Part shown: one piece after another, positions 1 to 14,236 of the stretch
Layout of the letters: each line of letters starts with the position of its first letter
How positions within the stretch are numbered: position 1 is the first letter of the stretch
Assembly (NCBI GenBank): GCA_964016885.1
Contig: OZ024743.1
Coordinates: forward strand, 286,812,001-286,876,000
Origin: Eledone cirrhosa
Taxonomy: Eukaryota
Direction of reading: 5' to 3'
DNA: 64,000 bases
Program-made: the position numbers and the translations under genes
Notes under the pieces: model-generated
What the model saw: the letters and a program-made list of their open reading frames with translations, nothing else
The model's database searches: none
What the model was told of the DNA's origin: nothing

Positions 1-539
1 TTCACTTGAGTCAAAAAGAACAATAAACAAGTTACCACGAGTTGTGAAGGTTGACAATGTTATTTTTGTTGTTGGTTGATGAGGCTGGTGTAGTCTGAGA
101 CCAAGAGAGAGAGAAAGGTAGTAATGGTCTGTAGACCTCTGAATGGTCTGTAGTTGACTGTAGACCACAGTGGCTTGTAGATAGCGGTGAATCTTTCACA
201 TAGCTTGTAATAGCGTACTGCTCCAATCTCTCTGTATTTCTGTAGACCTCTGGGGCCTGAAGGTAGCGGTGAATCTTTCACATGGCTGGTCTGTATCGTG
301 GTGCTCCGATCTCTCTGTATAAACGTGGGATGATACAGGCTTTATATACCTGTCGCTTTCTGTCTCCCACCTTGAGGGGATAGCCCACACATGAACCTGT
401 TCACACCAAAAGTTTGACCTTTAGGTGTCACCCAAAGTTCAAGGTGGACAGATCTCGCTACATATATACATGCATACATATACATGCATACATATACATG
501 CATATACATATATGTATACACACACATATTACGTTGAAG

Positions 540-1620
540 CTCAAATCTTTGCCCAATACACTGATCCCATCCCTGAGCTATATGGTTGTCATATCAACAA
601 CTATATTGAGGCTACCACATTCACCTGAGAACAGCTCAACTCCTTTCTCTCCTTTCTCTGTTCCTTGCACCCTGCCCTTGGCTTGCCACTTCCATTTCCA
701 CCACCTACGTCCCCGTCCTGGATATCTCTGTTTCCATTGACTACTTCCATTGCTCCCTCATTACCTCCACTTTCTTCACACCCACTAACTCCTACTCCTA
801 CCTCAACTTCACCTCATCCCTCCTCAAACACTCCATCCCTACTCTCAATTCCTCCACTTCCACTTCCACTGTCAAACACATAATTTCAAAATGCAAACCC
901 ATTAAATAGCTAGACTGTTCACTCTGCTAGACTATTCACTCCCCATGCCCATGAAGTTAACTACACTACCACCCTCACACCACACCCTCGCCCTCCTATT
1001 AACCGACTCCTATTCCCCTTACCTACCACCCATCTACTTTGCTCCTCTTGAAAATATTTCTCTATCTCTTCCACTGATTCCAGTCGGAGCCCTCCCCATC
1101 CCCCATTTCCCTCTCTACCCTCCTCTCCTTCAAGTGTGCATACAACCTCTGGAATCTCCTTATTTGCTGTTCCTGTCATTCATCAACTCCTTCAGTGGAT
1201 CCCACTTTTTCTCTAGATCCCACTCATGCTCCTGACTCCGTTGCCTCACATGCAACTTCATCATCAAAACCACCACTCTAACTGGGCTCAATAGCCAAGC
1301 CTTCCAAGTAGTGACTCCTTCTGCTGTACCTCCTCCAGTCTTGTCTTTGGACTCTGATGCATACTATGCAAAGCTGTCTACATTGGACAAACTGGTCATT
1401 GACTAGCAGACAAGTTCGCTGAGCATCTCTAGGACATCTGACTCAGCAACCAGTCTCTGGTTGCCCAACATTTCTGCTCTGCCTGACACACCACCAACCA
1501 CCTCACTTTCTGGCCTTGTTGCTTGCTCCAAACCCTTGGACTCACGCCTGAGAAGGAAGCAGCACCTCACTTTTCTCTCCAAACCATTAGTGGACATGAT
1601 CTAAACATTCCACCCCTCTT
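540..1620 (+). mobile_element. Heavily decayed Penelope-like element (RT remnant + GIY-YIG endonuclease)
   Basis: From ~1366 the + strand reads CKAVYIGQTGH*LADKFAEHL*DI, with VAQHF shortly after, the PLE GIY-YIG pattern. Many stops; boundaries approximate. Confidence 0.65.
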
Positions 1621-2339
1621 CCTTTAGCCTACCCTTTCCCAGTACCCACTTCTCATTCCCTTTCACACCAACACACTAACTCACATGCACACTTAGATAC
1701 ACACATAGATGCGTAAAACACAGACACTAACACAACTAATTAATTAGTTACACCAACACAATCACAATACACATTTAATTCTACTAACACTACAAATTAA
1801 CTAATCAATTATACTTACAGACCAAAAACCACCAACACACTCACATGCTTACATGGACACACCAACAAAATCATAGATAAATTCACACATTATATTTTTC
1901 CTAAAGCTACTAATGAACTAACTAATCATACTAATATGTCTAACTATACTACACAGCCAACTTGATATTTATTACCAGTATACACACACACACATACACC
2001 CACCACCACCACCATCGCTATCATCTGCATACACATTCAGCACCCATGACACACCTGGAACTCTCCATCTCAGCCACCACTCCTGCATGCCGAATAACTC
2101 ACCTACTCTCTCCAGCCTTCTTAAAAGTTTTATATATGAGCACAGGCTTAAGCATACATATAGCACGTACCACCCTCACCTCCACCCCACCCTTCCCTAC
2201 ACGTCCCATGAGCACAGGCTGAAGCATACATCTAGTGTCCACCCCATTCCATTTACCTTACATATCCTAACACTCTGCTCCTCACCCACACCCAAATACT
2301 CACCTTCCCAATCACCACACACTCCTCCCACCAAAGTAC

Positions 2340-2660
2340 CAACCCACACTGTGAAATGGTCATGATGGCAACACAACACAAAGCACCCAGCCCACACAAT
2401 AAAGTGGTCATGATGGTGACACGACAAAAAGCGCCCATCCCACACTGTAAAGTGGCTGTGATGGAGACACGACAAAAAGCACCCAGTATTCACTGTAAAT
2501 GTGGTTGGTGTTAAGAAGGGCATCCAGTTGTAGAAGCCAAATACAGATCTGTATGAGCAAGACATCATCACCTGATCTGACTTCCCTTGTAACAACCTGT
2601 CTAACCTATGCAAGCATTGAAAATGAACGTTAAATGATCATGATGAGGATGATGATATTG
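2340..2660 (+). repeat. RTE 3'UTR-related repeat remnant ending in (GAT)n
   Basis: Reiterated 'cacccagcccacactgtaaagtgg' module and 'ggttggtgttaagaagggcatccagttgtagaa', as in the RTE/SINE tails. Similar decayed copies at ~21400-21715, 22090-22520, 43250-43715 and 51770-52095. Confidence 0.65.
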
Positions 2661-3400
2661 ATATGTACATATATATATTGTATACACACATACATATACA
2701 TATATATGGTTGTTGTCTTCTGTATGAGGTTCATACATTGTCTATGCTATTTGCTCACGTCTATCAAAATCGAATAATTAATTGTCACTCTGAAACAATT
2801 CATTTCATATGTCATTGCACGATGATGGGGTCAACTCAGAAAAATTGACTCATGTTGGCATCATGCAAATGTAGCTTAGATAAATTCCAAAATATATAAT
2901 GATAGGAAACTTTTAGAATGTCTTCCTTCAGCAAAGAAACTCCCCTAAAGCAAGTGTTTTAACCCTTAACTTATATATATATATATCATCATCATCATTT
3001 TAATGTCTTCTTTCTCTGCTAGCAAGGGTTGGATGGGTCTACATAGACCAAGTCAGTACTGAAACGGAGCTAGTGTTCTCCCAGACAGGCCAGGGATCTG
3101 TGTTTCACCTATGTACAGTCTCATGTTTAACCAAGCACAGATATAGATGTGGATTTTTGTAGTCTGGTGGATTTTTGTGTGCTAAACTAGGAGTATACTA
3201 GCTGTTTCAATTGATGAAATTGTGAGTACTTTAACGTTTTCATATGTTAATCCGTCAATACAATAATTACATGTTTTCATAGCTTTAGGCTTCTGGCTGG
3301 GATGTTGTATTACAATTACTGCTTTGTATATGCTCCAAATGAATTTGTTGAGCAAATTGTAAATAACAAGATTGAATACGCTGGATATTGGTCTAAAGCC

Positions 3401-3462
<62 letters not shown>

Positions 3463-3675
3463 GGCGACCTACGTAGTAAATCGTATCATCGTGAGCTCCG
3501 CAAAGGTTTGTTATTTTCAGTTGTTCAAGATTGCCATTCATGGAAAATTTTATTGTTAACTGTATATAAGTGCACATACATTGTTATCTGAAAAGGACAC
3601 CCAAAAAGATTGGGGCCTTGAGCCCAAAATTTAAACTTTTATAATTATCAAACAAAAATTTTTCTTTGAAACATC

Positions 3676-5124
3676 ATGGATGACTCAGAGTCACTCCTTT
3701 CACACAAACTAACACCTCACACCGACACCACCATTGTAAATATTACTACGTTTGCCAACACTAAAAAAAATATAAGCAGTAGCAATATTTTAAATTTGTC
3801 TCAGGCAGACATTCATGTCCCGCCATTACCAATGACTGCAGGTGTTAAAGCCACCACCACCACCACCACCACCGCGACAACCCCCACCCCCACCCCCACC
3901 GCGACAACAGAAACAAAAGAAAAAATATATTAACTCGTGATATCGAAATGAATTCAACCAAAATGAACTCTTCCACACCGAACACCACTGACGTCACCAC
4001 CACCACAACTGAAACTAAAATTAATAATAACAAAAATAACGATAACAACAACAGCAACAATGACATTAAGAAAACCACCCTGAGTTTTGCCAGAGTAGCA
4101 AAACAGTGCGAAGCATTTCAGGTAACTCAGGAGAAATTAGAAGAAGCCAAAAAAATGGTAAAGAAAGATGGGTACAGGGTCAGCCCCCCCCACCTAATAA
4201 AATGGAGCATCGGCGCCTATGCACCGTGTCTTATCGAACAATTAATATAAAATCGCGACGAGTGGAACGGGCATCCGAGTCCCAAATCAAAAAAGCTTTG
4301 GGACATGTGTGGGGAACCCCCCCCCCCACATCAGACGTGGGCAGAAATATGGAACCGTGGACGTGTTCTTTGAAACACCACAGGAGGCTAGAGAACACTC
4401 CATGGCCTCATTAAGAAGTGACGACTTCACACTCGTCCCAAGCTATTGTGGCCAGAGACTCGTAAAGATCAGGGTCACCCACGTTCCACCGGCCATCGAA
4501 ATTCCCTGGCTAATAGCTGCCGTCCTCGCCGGCATCGAAGCCAACACCAAGATAATAGCAATAGCGAAAGAAAAGCAGGAGAACTGGTCCGGATCTGGGA
4601 CGGAGCTCCTGATCCAAACGGACCAAAAAAGCATTGAGGAGATCCCAGAGGTAATAGACCTCACTGACGGCAGCCACCTCACGGTAATTGTCGAGGGCAG
4701 AAGACCTAGGTGTGTCGTTTGTGGTGAAGGAACTCACCTAAGGGCTTTCTGCCCTCAGGCTAAAAGGTTGAGGCCACCTCTCTTACCCACCCCAGTGACT
4801 CAACCATCAACACCACCAGCAGCAGAGATGGCAGCAACAACAGAAGCAACTGGAACAGCAACAACCCCAGCAACAGTAGCAAAACCAACACCACCACCAC
4901 CCAACGCGCCAGAACTAGCACCAGCGCCTACACCATCCACCACGCCACAACCAAAACTAACGCATGTGGAGGATTTTCCACTCCCCGGCCTATCACAACT
5001 GGAGACAGATTGTGACGACGAGGAGTGGGAAACGGTATCAGGAAAAAAGAAAAAAAGGAACCAAAAAAGAAAAAAATTCTCTTCCTTCCCCCTCCAAAAA
5101 CAAAATACAGAGGGAAACAAATAA
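3676..5124 (+). pseudogene. Tx1/L1-like ORF1 (gag-like, zinc knuckle), broken into ORFs 3676-3933, 3948-4250 and 4309-5124
   Basis: CVVCGEGTHLRAFC = C-x2-C-x4-H-x4-C, followed by Pro/Thr-rich and basic (WETVSGKKKKR) segments. Confidence 0.75.
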
Positions 5125-5645
5125 ACTATCAAACAAAAAAGTAAGGAGAGATATGCCACCATCCACACCAGCATCACCAACCCCATCACCCTAAACACCA
5201 ACACCATCACCATCATTAACCCCAACACCACCATCACCTACACCACAAAAGTCACCAAAAGGCGAAACAGAAACAAACCCACAACAAACGCAAACAAAAC
5301 AAAACAACCAAAATGATACACACTACACAGCATTAAATTTTAACAACCAATTATTACACGACATCCAACACAACACCAGCATCACAGAAAAAGACTACAC
5401 AACAACCCAAAAGTTCACACCACCTCCACACATACAAATCACTCGCATCACACAGAAAACGTACATGACACTAAAACAAAAATTCCCCAAAGACATCGGA
5501 GACTTCCGACAAGCACTCTCCAGGAGGATTTATAAGGACATCCTTCCTGAGGAGGCCACAAGCAGTGAAAAGGATGGAGAAACCATCCTTCCTCTACGAG
5601 AAGTAAGGTAAGTGGTCTTTCCCATCTTTTCCACTCCATTTCAAC

Positions 5646-8600
5646 ATGACCTCACTCAAAATATGCTGCATAAATGCGCGTGCTTGGGGTCGTCATGGAA
5701 GCAGGGCCACCTGCTCAACGACCTCAGGTCACTAAACATAGATGTAGTGGCCATCAGCGAGACCAGAATCTCCGAAGCATGGGCCTTCGCACCGATCTTC
5801 GGCGCTACGATGTGTACGCATCTCCCAGCCGTCCGGGATCGGGGGAGGAGTTGCTGTGCTCTTTCGGAGAGGTTTGGATCTTGCCATACGGGCCATCTTC
5901 CTGGACCCAGAAGGTAAGTTGGTGGTGCTGGACGTGACCAGCGGAGACGGGCAAGCTTTCAGGTTAGTGGCCATCTATGCCCCAACAGGAGCAGGGCGGC
6001 CTGATTTCTTCCGGCGTCTGGAGACGTTTCTTGGAACGTCCCGCTCTTTAGTGCTAGTGGGCGACTGGAACGGGATCTTAGATGCACGCTGGGACTGTGT
6101 GCGATTAGTGGATAGGGGAGGAGGGTGCAAGAGTCTCACCAACCTGCTCAGGCGTTTTGAACTGTCTGACAGGTACCGATTGGATTTCCCGAATGTGCCA
6201 ATGTGGACTTGGACAAATCGCATAGGGTCATCCAGATCATATCTAGATAGAGTATTTTGTAGGGAAATAGATAGGTCTAGCATAGGCTGTCCACAATTCA
6301 AGATAGTCAGCTACACGGACCACAAATTCGTGATCTGTGTGCTTGACTTAGATAGGCTTCATAGACGAGGACCCGGCTACTGGAAGCTAAATGCGTCCTT
6401 ACCAGCGCGCAAGGCCTACAGAGACCGGATTAGCGAACTAGTTAAGCGGGCGTTGACGGGGGCCATCGTCAACAACAAGTGCTGGTTTGCTCTGAAAAGA
6501 GCAATTAGGTTTAGTAAGGCTTTAGCAATAGAGAAAAATAGAGCAGAGGGAGAATTAGTTAGAAAATTAGACGAGGCGCTTAGCAAAGGCATCGCAACCG
6601 ACGTACTTGCGGCGAAATTGGCCCTTGACCAATTCTTCAATGCAAAGCACGAAGGCTGCGTTGTCAGAGCTAGGGTGCGTGCTCTCAGACACGAGGCGCG
6701 TCGTGGCAACAAAGCCACGATACGGTCTTTGGTGGACCACGACGAGGGCATGCTACTCAATCCTGGGCAAATGTGTGAAGCTTTTCAGCGACACTTCGCA
6801 CAGCTGTTCGGGGGCAGCGGCGGGCCGGATCGATGGATGGACTTTAGTGTTTACCTCGACGGACTGCCGCGGCTCTCGGCGACTGAGGCGGAGTGTTGCA
6901 AAAAGCCGATAACAGCCGCTGAAGTACGGGAGGCAATGACTGACTGCACAAGGGGTAAATCGCCTGGTTTGGATGGTCTGTCCTATGAACTTTACGTACA
7001 GATGCGAGACTTGTTCAGAGGCCTCTTGGCAGACGTCTACTGCAACTGGCAACAGAACGGGAGAATTCCCATCTCTGTGAGCTGTGGAGCTGCTGAGAAA
7101 GGATCCGAACAAGGGGGATAACATAGATAATTTCAGGCCCATAATTCTGCTAAACACAGAGTTCAAGATTTTGGCCAAGATGCTAGCAAAGAGGTTGGCG
7201 CTTGTCGCTGGTGGTCTGGTGGGAGAGGCGCAGACATGCGCCATTCCCGACAGATCCATCCACGACAACCTCCACCTCATGCGATACATCGTAGAGAGGG
7301 TAGCCAGGGAACCTTACACGGGTGGGTCTTTGATCAATTTAGATCAGTCGAAAGCTTTCGATAGGGTCGACCATCGTTACCTAGCGGCAGTCCTGAGGGC
7401 AGCTGGCTTTGGGCCCGTCTTCAGAGGCTGGATCGCTGCCATGGACAGCGACATCTGCTCTGTGGTGAGAGTGAACGGTCACCTTTCGGAACCATTCAAC
7501 ATCATGCGCTCGGTCCGCCAAGGATGTCCCCTCTCATCCCTCTTGTACGTATTGACTCTCGAGCCATTACTGCACAAACTGGAGACGTTGAGGGGAGTCC
7601 CGCGCGAACTAGGATGCGGAAGATCCGTGTCAGCATATGCGGACGATGTCACCGTAGTGGTGTCGAACGCCAAACACATCGAGTCGATCGGCACTACACT
7701 AAGAGAATACGCAGCGGTGACAGGAACAATGATCAACCAGGAAAAGTCAGTGGGCCTGCAGCTTGGCACCTGGAGAGGCAGGTCCATGCTGTCCAACAGT
7801 GTCGTCGGACGCTGGACGGATGGACGGGTTAAATTGCTAGGGGTCTGGTTCGGTCCGGACCTCCAGACGGACAAAAACTGGGACGAGGTGACGAGCAGGG
7901 TGGCTTCTCTCACCCAGAAATGGGCGGAGAGGAAGCTATCCCTGAAAGGTCGAGCGGAGGTGGCTAACGCGTACATCGCGTCTGTCATCTGCTACCGCCT
8001 GACCGTCGTACCTTGTCCTAAGCCCTGCCTAACTGCGCTGGAGCGTTTGCTCTTTCGCTTTTTGTGGAAGGGATGCGCTCCAATGGTCAGGCGGTCCATC
8101 TGTTGTCAATGATGATGCGCAGACACGCGCTCAGGCTACGACATCTCCACCTCTTCCTCGATGGTGATCAGGTGTGGTCGCCGTTTGCTAGACACGTATT
8201 TCCCCAGCTCATTTCCTTGATGGAGCTGCAGTCCTGGGTCAAGCGAAGACCGAGAGGGAGTGCCTGGAGACTGGAATGTCTTCAGGCGCTCACAGCCCTC
8301 GACCAATCGGGCAATGTGATAGGTGGAAACTCCACCTCAGCGTTCTATAGAGGATTAGTGGAGGGGAAGAGCGACGACGTACTTGGGGAAACTCTAGGCG
8401 TCGACGAAAATCAACTAGCCAATCTCTTCGGAAGAACTTTCGGGCCGGGGCCTATGGACAACTTCCAGAAATCTTTGGCCTGGCAGTGCTACCGAGGAGC
8501 CTTGCCAGTTCGAGATAAACTCTACAGGCATGGAGGTGCCGTCAGCCGGGCATGTCTGAGATGCGCGCAGGGCGACGAAACCGTCCTGCACGCACTCGTC

Positions 8601-8969
8601 CAGTGTCCGAGCATTGCTGACTTGTGGGTTTATGTCGAACACCTGCTGTCGCGTGTAGGATGGATCCTGCTATCATCTGAGTCCATCGTGAGGATTGCCC
8701 CGCCCACTTCCTTTAGCCGGGAAGGGCAGGCAGTTTTTATCTGTCTGGTGGCCATGGTGAAAGAGATAGTATGGTGGACACGTTTGAAAGGGCTGAAGAC
8801 GAGCACTTACCTTTTCGATGATGCCCTGATTGACTTTTTCAAATTTCATTTGAAAAGGAAAATCAGAGTAGAGAGGGAAGTGCTCTCTTCCCAGCATTTT
8901 GTTGAAAGATGGGTGAGAGAAGCAAGAATGGCCCGAGTGAATGGGCCTACTCTGAGTATGTATCTGTAA
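5646..8969 (+). pseudogene. Tx1/L1-like ORF2 (APE endonuclease, reverse transcriptase, C-terminal zinc motif) with several frameshifts
   Basis: ATG at 5646 gives MTSLKICCINAR. Motifs IYAP, GDWN, YLDR, TDH, KSPGLDG, DQSKAFDRV, RQGCPLS, YADD and CLRCAQGDETVLHALVQC are spread over ORFs 5856-7121, 7084-8112 and 8064-8969. Confidence 0.9.
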
Positions 8970-9217
8970 ATTAAAGGTGGGAAACTGGGAGAGGGCACTT
9001 GCCTTGGTGGTCAGGGTCACTGTGGCCTTTTACTGGGCTTTCTCCACAAATGTCCCTCCGAAGTCTCCCTCCTATTGGGGAATTTTTCATTGTTATTTTT
9101 TGTTACATCCTCTATTTTTGTTTTTTACACGCAGAAATGCCCATTTGTACCGTCCTGTATTGTCCTGCACTGTCCTTAATGTCTACTTTATGTAAACCCT
9201 TGTGGTTAATAAAGAAA

Positions 9218-9257
<40 letters not shown>

Positions 9258-10129
9258 GATATATATATTCTTAATAACTCTGTTGCCAAGTAAATAAAGC
9301 AGAATCATTAAGTTCTTTTGCACAGCACATTATCTGTTATGGCAGGCTGAGCTCAAAATATGTCAGATGAGTAGCCAACACCTCTTCTATTCACTCATTA
9401 TGATTTGATTCCTCATATTACTAATTTCGCTTCTATGCAGATATGAAAGCTAATTGACAGTATACAATGCAACTGAAACAATGGCATTAATTGATGGTGG
9501 CATAATAAAATTATAACAGATATTTCCAATTAAATGTTAATGAGAATTAAATTATTGGTCATCTTCATGTCATGGAAAGTTGCTTATATAATTGACCAAC
9601 AAAGTCCTCCTATTTGCTTGGCTTTAATTCAAACAAAGCTTTCAGTGATTAATGCATAGCTTTTAAATAATAATTTAAAAAAAAGTTTTTAAAATTACAT
9701 ATTAAATATTCGGACTCCTGCCAATTTATTCACAACAAAGAAAAAACAAATAAAATAACATTTTAAAATAATAGCCACTATATGAAATTAGTTGAATTAA
9801 AGTTAATTGGGGAGGTTTCCATTCAGAGGTGAATTTGTTATCTAAAATCTGTTCATAGTGAATATGTGTTTTGATAATACTGTAATAATTAATTTAAAAT
9901 TATGAATTTTGTAAAATTTATTATTCAGAAATTAAGTGATATTTGCATCTGCATCATATAGAGAAAATAATGTTTTTTTGCTTTCAGGCACAACACAAGA
10001 TGTATTTAGTTTTAATTCAGGTTTCTGTCCTTTGCTCATAAAAATAACACCTAACTAGTTAAATAAAACCAAGCATTAACTGGCAAACTACTTATCAGAA
10101 TGTCAAGTATACATTAAATATGATTTCTG

Positions 10130-10560
10130 ATTTAGGTACAAGGCCAATAATTATGGTAGGTCGGGAAAGTCGATTAAATCAACCACAGTGCATTACTGGT
10201 GCTTTATTTTATCGACCCTGTAAGGATGAAAGGCAAAGCTAACCTCGGTGAGATTTGAACTCAGAATGTAAAGGGGTGTAACACTATGCCTCACAGCATG
10301 TTATCTGACGCTCTACTGATTCTGCCAATCAACCAAATAATAATGGTGGTCTTATATAGGCACAAGCCCAGCAATTTTTTGGGAGGAGAAAGTTGATTAA
10401 ATTGACCCCAGTGCATTACTGGTGCTTTAGTTTATCAACCCCATAAGGATGAAAGGCAAAGCTAACCTCAGTGGCATTTTAATTCAGAATGCAAAGCGCC
10501 ATAACTCTATGCTGCAAAGCATTTTGGCTGACGCTTTACCGACTCTGCCAACCCACTGCC
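10130..10560 (-). mobile_element. Two adjacent copies of a tRNA-derived SINE with a Meta-domain-like core
   Basis: Minus strand shows B-box 'gagttcaaatc' then 'gcctttcatccttacagggtcgataaaataa'. Same family at 15085-15260, 23640-23735, 36000-36180, 40608-40750, 44690-44815, 52130-52190 and 52629-52812. Confidence 0.75.
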
Positions 10561-11761
10561 CTAATACATTAAATATAATAACAGAACTTCCATGAACTTC
10601 TCCAGTTTCCAAAATTAGGTACCAAAATTTTGTATTCCATCTTTCTCTCTCTTCACTTTACACATGCATAATTTCTATCTACCTTTTTACAACACAATCA
10701 TAGCATCTTCTGCCAATGGCAAAGTAATTACAACTTTTACAGCTTCTTTGTCATAACTATTCATCAATTCTAACCATAAATTCCACAAATTAGAATCCTG
10801 GTTTCACAAGATCATATCAAATTAACACCAAACAATTCCACTATTTTTCGAGCTGACAACAATGTTAAAGAACATTAAATCATGCAAAAAAACCTCAACA
10901 TGAACACAAAATCTAAAAATTCTAGGCATCTTCAATTAAACATCAATGACCCTTATTCAATATATGAAGGTTAAACACACTGTGACCAAAATATAGAAAA
11001 TGCAATATTAATTTACAAACAAAAGCTAAGCCACTTTTCACTGCACCTCAATATCTCTTCCACAAAATTAAAGCTAAACTACAAAACATAATACAACACA
11101 TTTCACATCACAGATTAACATATATATTCACTTGTACACAGAGTCACTCAACTTGCTAGAATTTTCCTCATATAGATAGTCTACTATTTAAAAAATGGGA
11201 AGAGACTCATTAGAGGATTTAGTTCTAGATACCCCTAAAAAGACAGGATGGTCATGACCAGAATTCTCTTGATCATTTGATCATAGCAGCAACAATGCAT
11301 ATTTACACACACAGCCATTGACCATCACAACAGAAAAATAAAATTAATGAGTTTAAATAATGATTTACATATGAAAAAACAACAAATGATTAATTCCTAT
11401 TCCAAGCACACAGCTCCTTCAAATACATCTCTATCAGGGATTGTTAGATGGACGAGTACTCCTACAACAATTTTCAGATAGTTAGAATATTCTGTTTAGC
11501 AATAGAATTACCGGATGAGGATATTAACTTTTGAGTTTTATCAAGTCAAATATCAATGTATGTATTATTTTCATTTGAATGATAATGAAGAATTTTATTT
11601 AGATAAACCTAAATGAATGGAAAACATTTAGCATATTAACAATGTATACATATCAATGATAGCTATCAAAAACCAACATAAGTTAATTGGTAAAAGCAAT
11701 AGATATACAAGAAATATACATATATACACACACATATGTTTATATATATATATATATATAA

Positions 11762-12100
11762 TTTTCATTTCATTTCATTTTACGTCCACTTTTCCCTGCT
11801 TGCAAGGGTGGGACGGGAACTGATTCTGGCTTGATTTCTACAGCTGGATGCCCTTCCTAACACCAACCTCATTTACAGTGAGTGCTGGGTGCTTTTTTGC
11901 CGTACCACCTCCACAACCACTTTGCAGTGGAATGATAGGGACCCCAGTCCCTATCATCTCCTTTCTACAGCTGAGTAAACTGGAGCAATGTGAAATAAAG
12001 TGTCTTGCTCAAGGAAACAACACATCACTCGGTCTGAGAATTGAACTCACAACCTTTCAATTGTAAGGCCAATGCTCTAACCACTAAGCCATGTGCCTCC
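11762..12100 (-). mobile_element. tRNA-derived SINE (CORE-like centre, RTE-type 3' tail)
   Basis: Minus strand: ggaggcacatggcttagtggttagagca (A box), gagttcaattc (B box), ccttgagcaagacacttt, tail cccacccttgcaagcagggaaaagtggacgtaaaatg. (TA)n on both sides. Confidence 0.85.
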
Positions 12101-12110
12101 ATATATATAA

Positions 12111-12233
12111 TATGTTGATACCCTAAGGACAGACACTGGTCTGTTGGAGATGCAGGACATGGCAGCGATAATGAGGGACAGAGACCGCTGGAGAGAACTC
12201 GTCCATGGATCTCGGGAATTTTACCTGCCCTAG
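12111..12233 (+). mobile_element. 3'-terminal fragment of an RTE-X-like LINE
   Basis: Closely matches 32008-32130, ends 'ccctaga' directly into (TA)n. Confidence 0.75.
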
Positions 12234-12248
12234 ATATATATATATATA

Positions 12249-14236
12249 CACTTTTACTCTTTTACCTGTTCCAGCCATTCAGCTGAGGCCATGCTGGGGC
12301 ACCACCCTTGTTTGCTACACATTCTATCTCCAACCTGTATTGGCTGGCCATTGGTGCAAGAGGGAGTTCATTGCTGCTGCCCTTAGGTTTCCTTCATACC
12401 GTGCTGTGGGTTCATCCGGGATCCTGGATAGCAGGGTGTCGAGATTTTTCTTGAAAACATCCATGTCCACACCATGCAGAACTCTCAAATTCCTTGGCAG
12501 CTTGTTGAAGAGTTGAGAGCCTTTGAACCCCCAGGCTATTGCAATATCTGCTCCTTATTATAGATGTGGAAGACGGGACCTTTGGCACCACACAGTGACG
12601 TCCTCTTTGGGGGTTGGTCCAGCTCCCAATGCCAAAGTTTGGTGCTAGTCCCTCCAGGATTTTCCATATGTATATTATTGCGTATCTCTCCCGTCTTCAT
12701 TCCAAGTAGTAGAGGTTCAGTTCTTTTAGCCTCTTCCAGTAGCTTATCTCCTTCATCGTAGCAATCCTCTTGGTGTAGCTTCGTTGGATTGCCTCAAGCT
12801 CCGTGGTTAGTTTGATACTATGGTATGACCACAGCTGGGAGCAATAGTCCAGGCGGCTTAGGACAAATGTCCTCCATAGTATCAACATGGTCTCTCGGTC
12901 TCTTGTCCAGAAAGTCTTCAAGATCCAGCCAGCGAGTCGTCTGCATATTGTTGCCACCTTCATGATGTGTGAGGAATAAGATGCACCATCACCCATGTCT
13001 ATTCCCAGGTCTTGTATCAATTTTGACATGGGAATTTCGTTCCCTCCTGGTCCAGTGTAGTTGTGTTGTATTGTATTTGTGTTTGCAGGTTGGTATTGTA
13101 GGGCTTGAAATTTTCCAGCATTAAACTGCATGTTGTTGTCCTCAGCCCATTTGTATATGGCATCCAGATCTTGTTGTAAAAAGGCAGCATCAGCCGGATT
13201 TTTGATTGCCTGTGCTACCTTTGTGTCATCAGCATAGCTAGTGAGGAATGTTGTATGTACTACAAAGGGCATATCTGAGAGAGCCACCAAAAACAGTAGT
13301 GGTCCCAAGACTTTGCCCTGGGGCACCCCACTTGTTATTGATGTTTCCTTTGAGAGGGCCCCATTTGCTGCAACTGTCTGGCTTCTGTCTTTTAAGAAGT
13401 CATGCAGCCACTCACCTACTTTTCCAGTTATGCCGAGTCCGTGTAGTTTGTGACATATCATTCCGTGGTCGACCTTCTCAAAGGCCTTCGCAAAGTCAAG
13501 ATATATCACGTCCACATGTGCTCTGTCTAGCAATTGTTTCAGTACCCAGTCGTAGTGTTGTAGCAGCTGTGTAAGGCAGCTTCTTCCTGGTCGAAAGCCA
13601 ATCTGCGTGCTAGTCAGGTGGTCATTTTCCTTGAGGAATGTGATCAGTTTCTTTCTGATGATTCGCTCCATGACCTTACTGATATGTGATGTCAGAGAGA
13701 CTGACCTGTAGTTTTTGGCCTCCGCTCTGCTTCCTCCTTTATAGATAGGGCATATTGTGCCTCCTTTCAGCTCTCTGGGTAGTTTACCGCTAGCCAAGGA
13801 GTTTCTGAAGAGAGTCGTCAGTGGAGTTACCAAGGCACGCTTATATGTTTTTAGGAGGACTGGTGGGAATCCATCAGGTCCAGCAGCTGAGTTTGTTCTA
13901 ATTTCGTCTATGGCAGATACCACATCCTCCTCCGTTATGTCTATGTGGTTGATGGTCGCCATTTCTTCATGGAGTGTTGTGGCATCAAAGAAATCCTCTG
14001 GCTTTGTTATTTGCATGTGCCCCAGTGGACGCGTGAACACACTTTTGTACTGTTCATTCAGTATTTCACTTATCCCTTGCGGATCCTCAGTTAATGAACC
14101 ATCTTTATAGAAGAGTGGCCCAATCTTGCAGTGTACCGAGGCAGTCTCTTTTGCAAATTTAAAGAAGGCCTTAGGGTTTCTTTTAATATTTTCTATGACC
14201 CTGATTTCTCTCTCTGCCTTTTCCTTTTCATGGAAA
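12249..14236 (-). mobile_element. 5'-truncated CR1-group (CR1/Crack/L2-like) LINE
   Basis: ORF 12697-14244 has SAAGPDG, YLDFAKAF, GVPQGKVLGPLLF, SYADDTK and SRLDYCSQLWS. Coding similarity continues after a frameshift; (TA)n at both ends. Confidence 0.85.

Larger units (their letters stand above)
3463..9220 (+). mobile_element. Full-length L1/Tx1-like non-LTR retrotransposon, frameshifted, inserted in (TTA)n
   Basis: ORF1-like region with CCHC knuckle; ORF2 with APE, RT (YADD) and C-terminal zinc motif; AATAAA near the 3' end. (TTA)n at 3401-3462 and 9221-9254. Confidence 0.9.

Noticed and set aside
100-330. Short repeats 'ctgtagacc' and 'agcggtgaatctttcaca'
   Set aside because: Local duplications at the window edge that I cannot assign to any element.
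2340-2530. Spaced short repeats resembling a CRISPR array
   Set aside because: Eukaryotic context, degenerate units belonging to RTE/SINE 3' modules, no unique spacers or cas genes.
11395-11530. Coding-looking patch as a host exon
   Set aside because: No frame with a recognisable product or clear splice signals.
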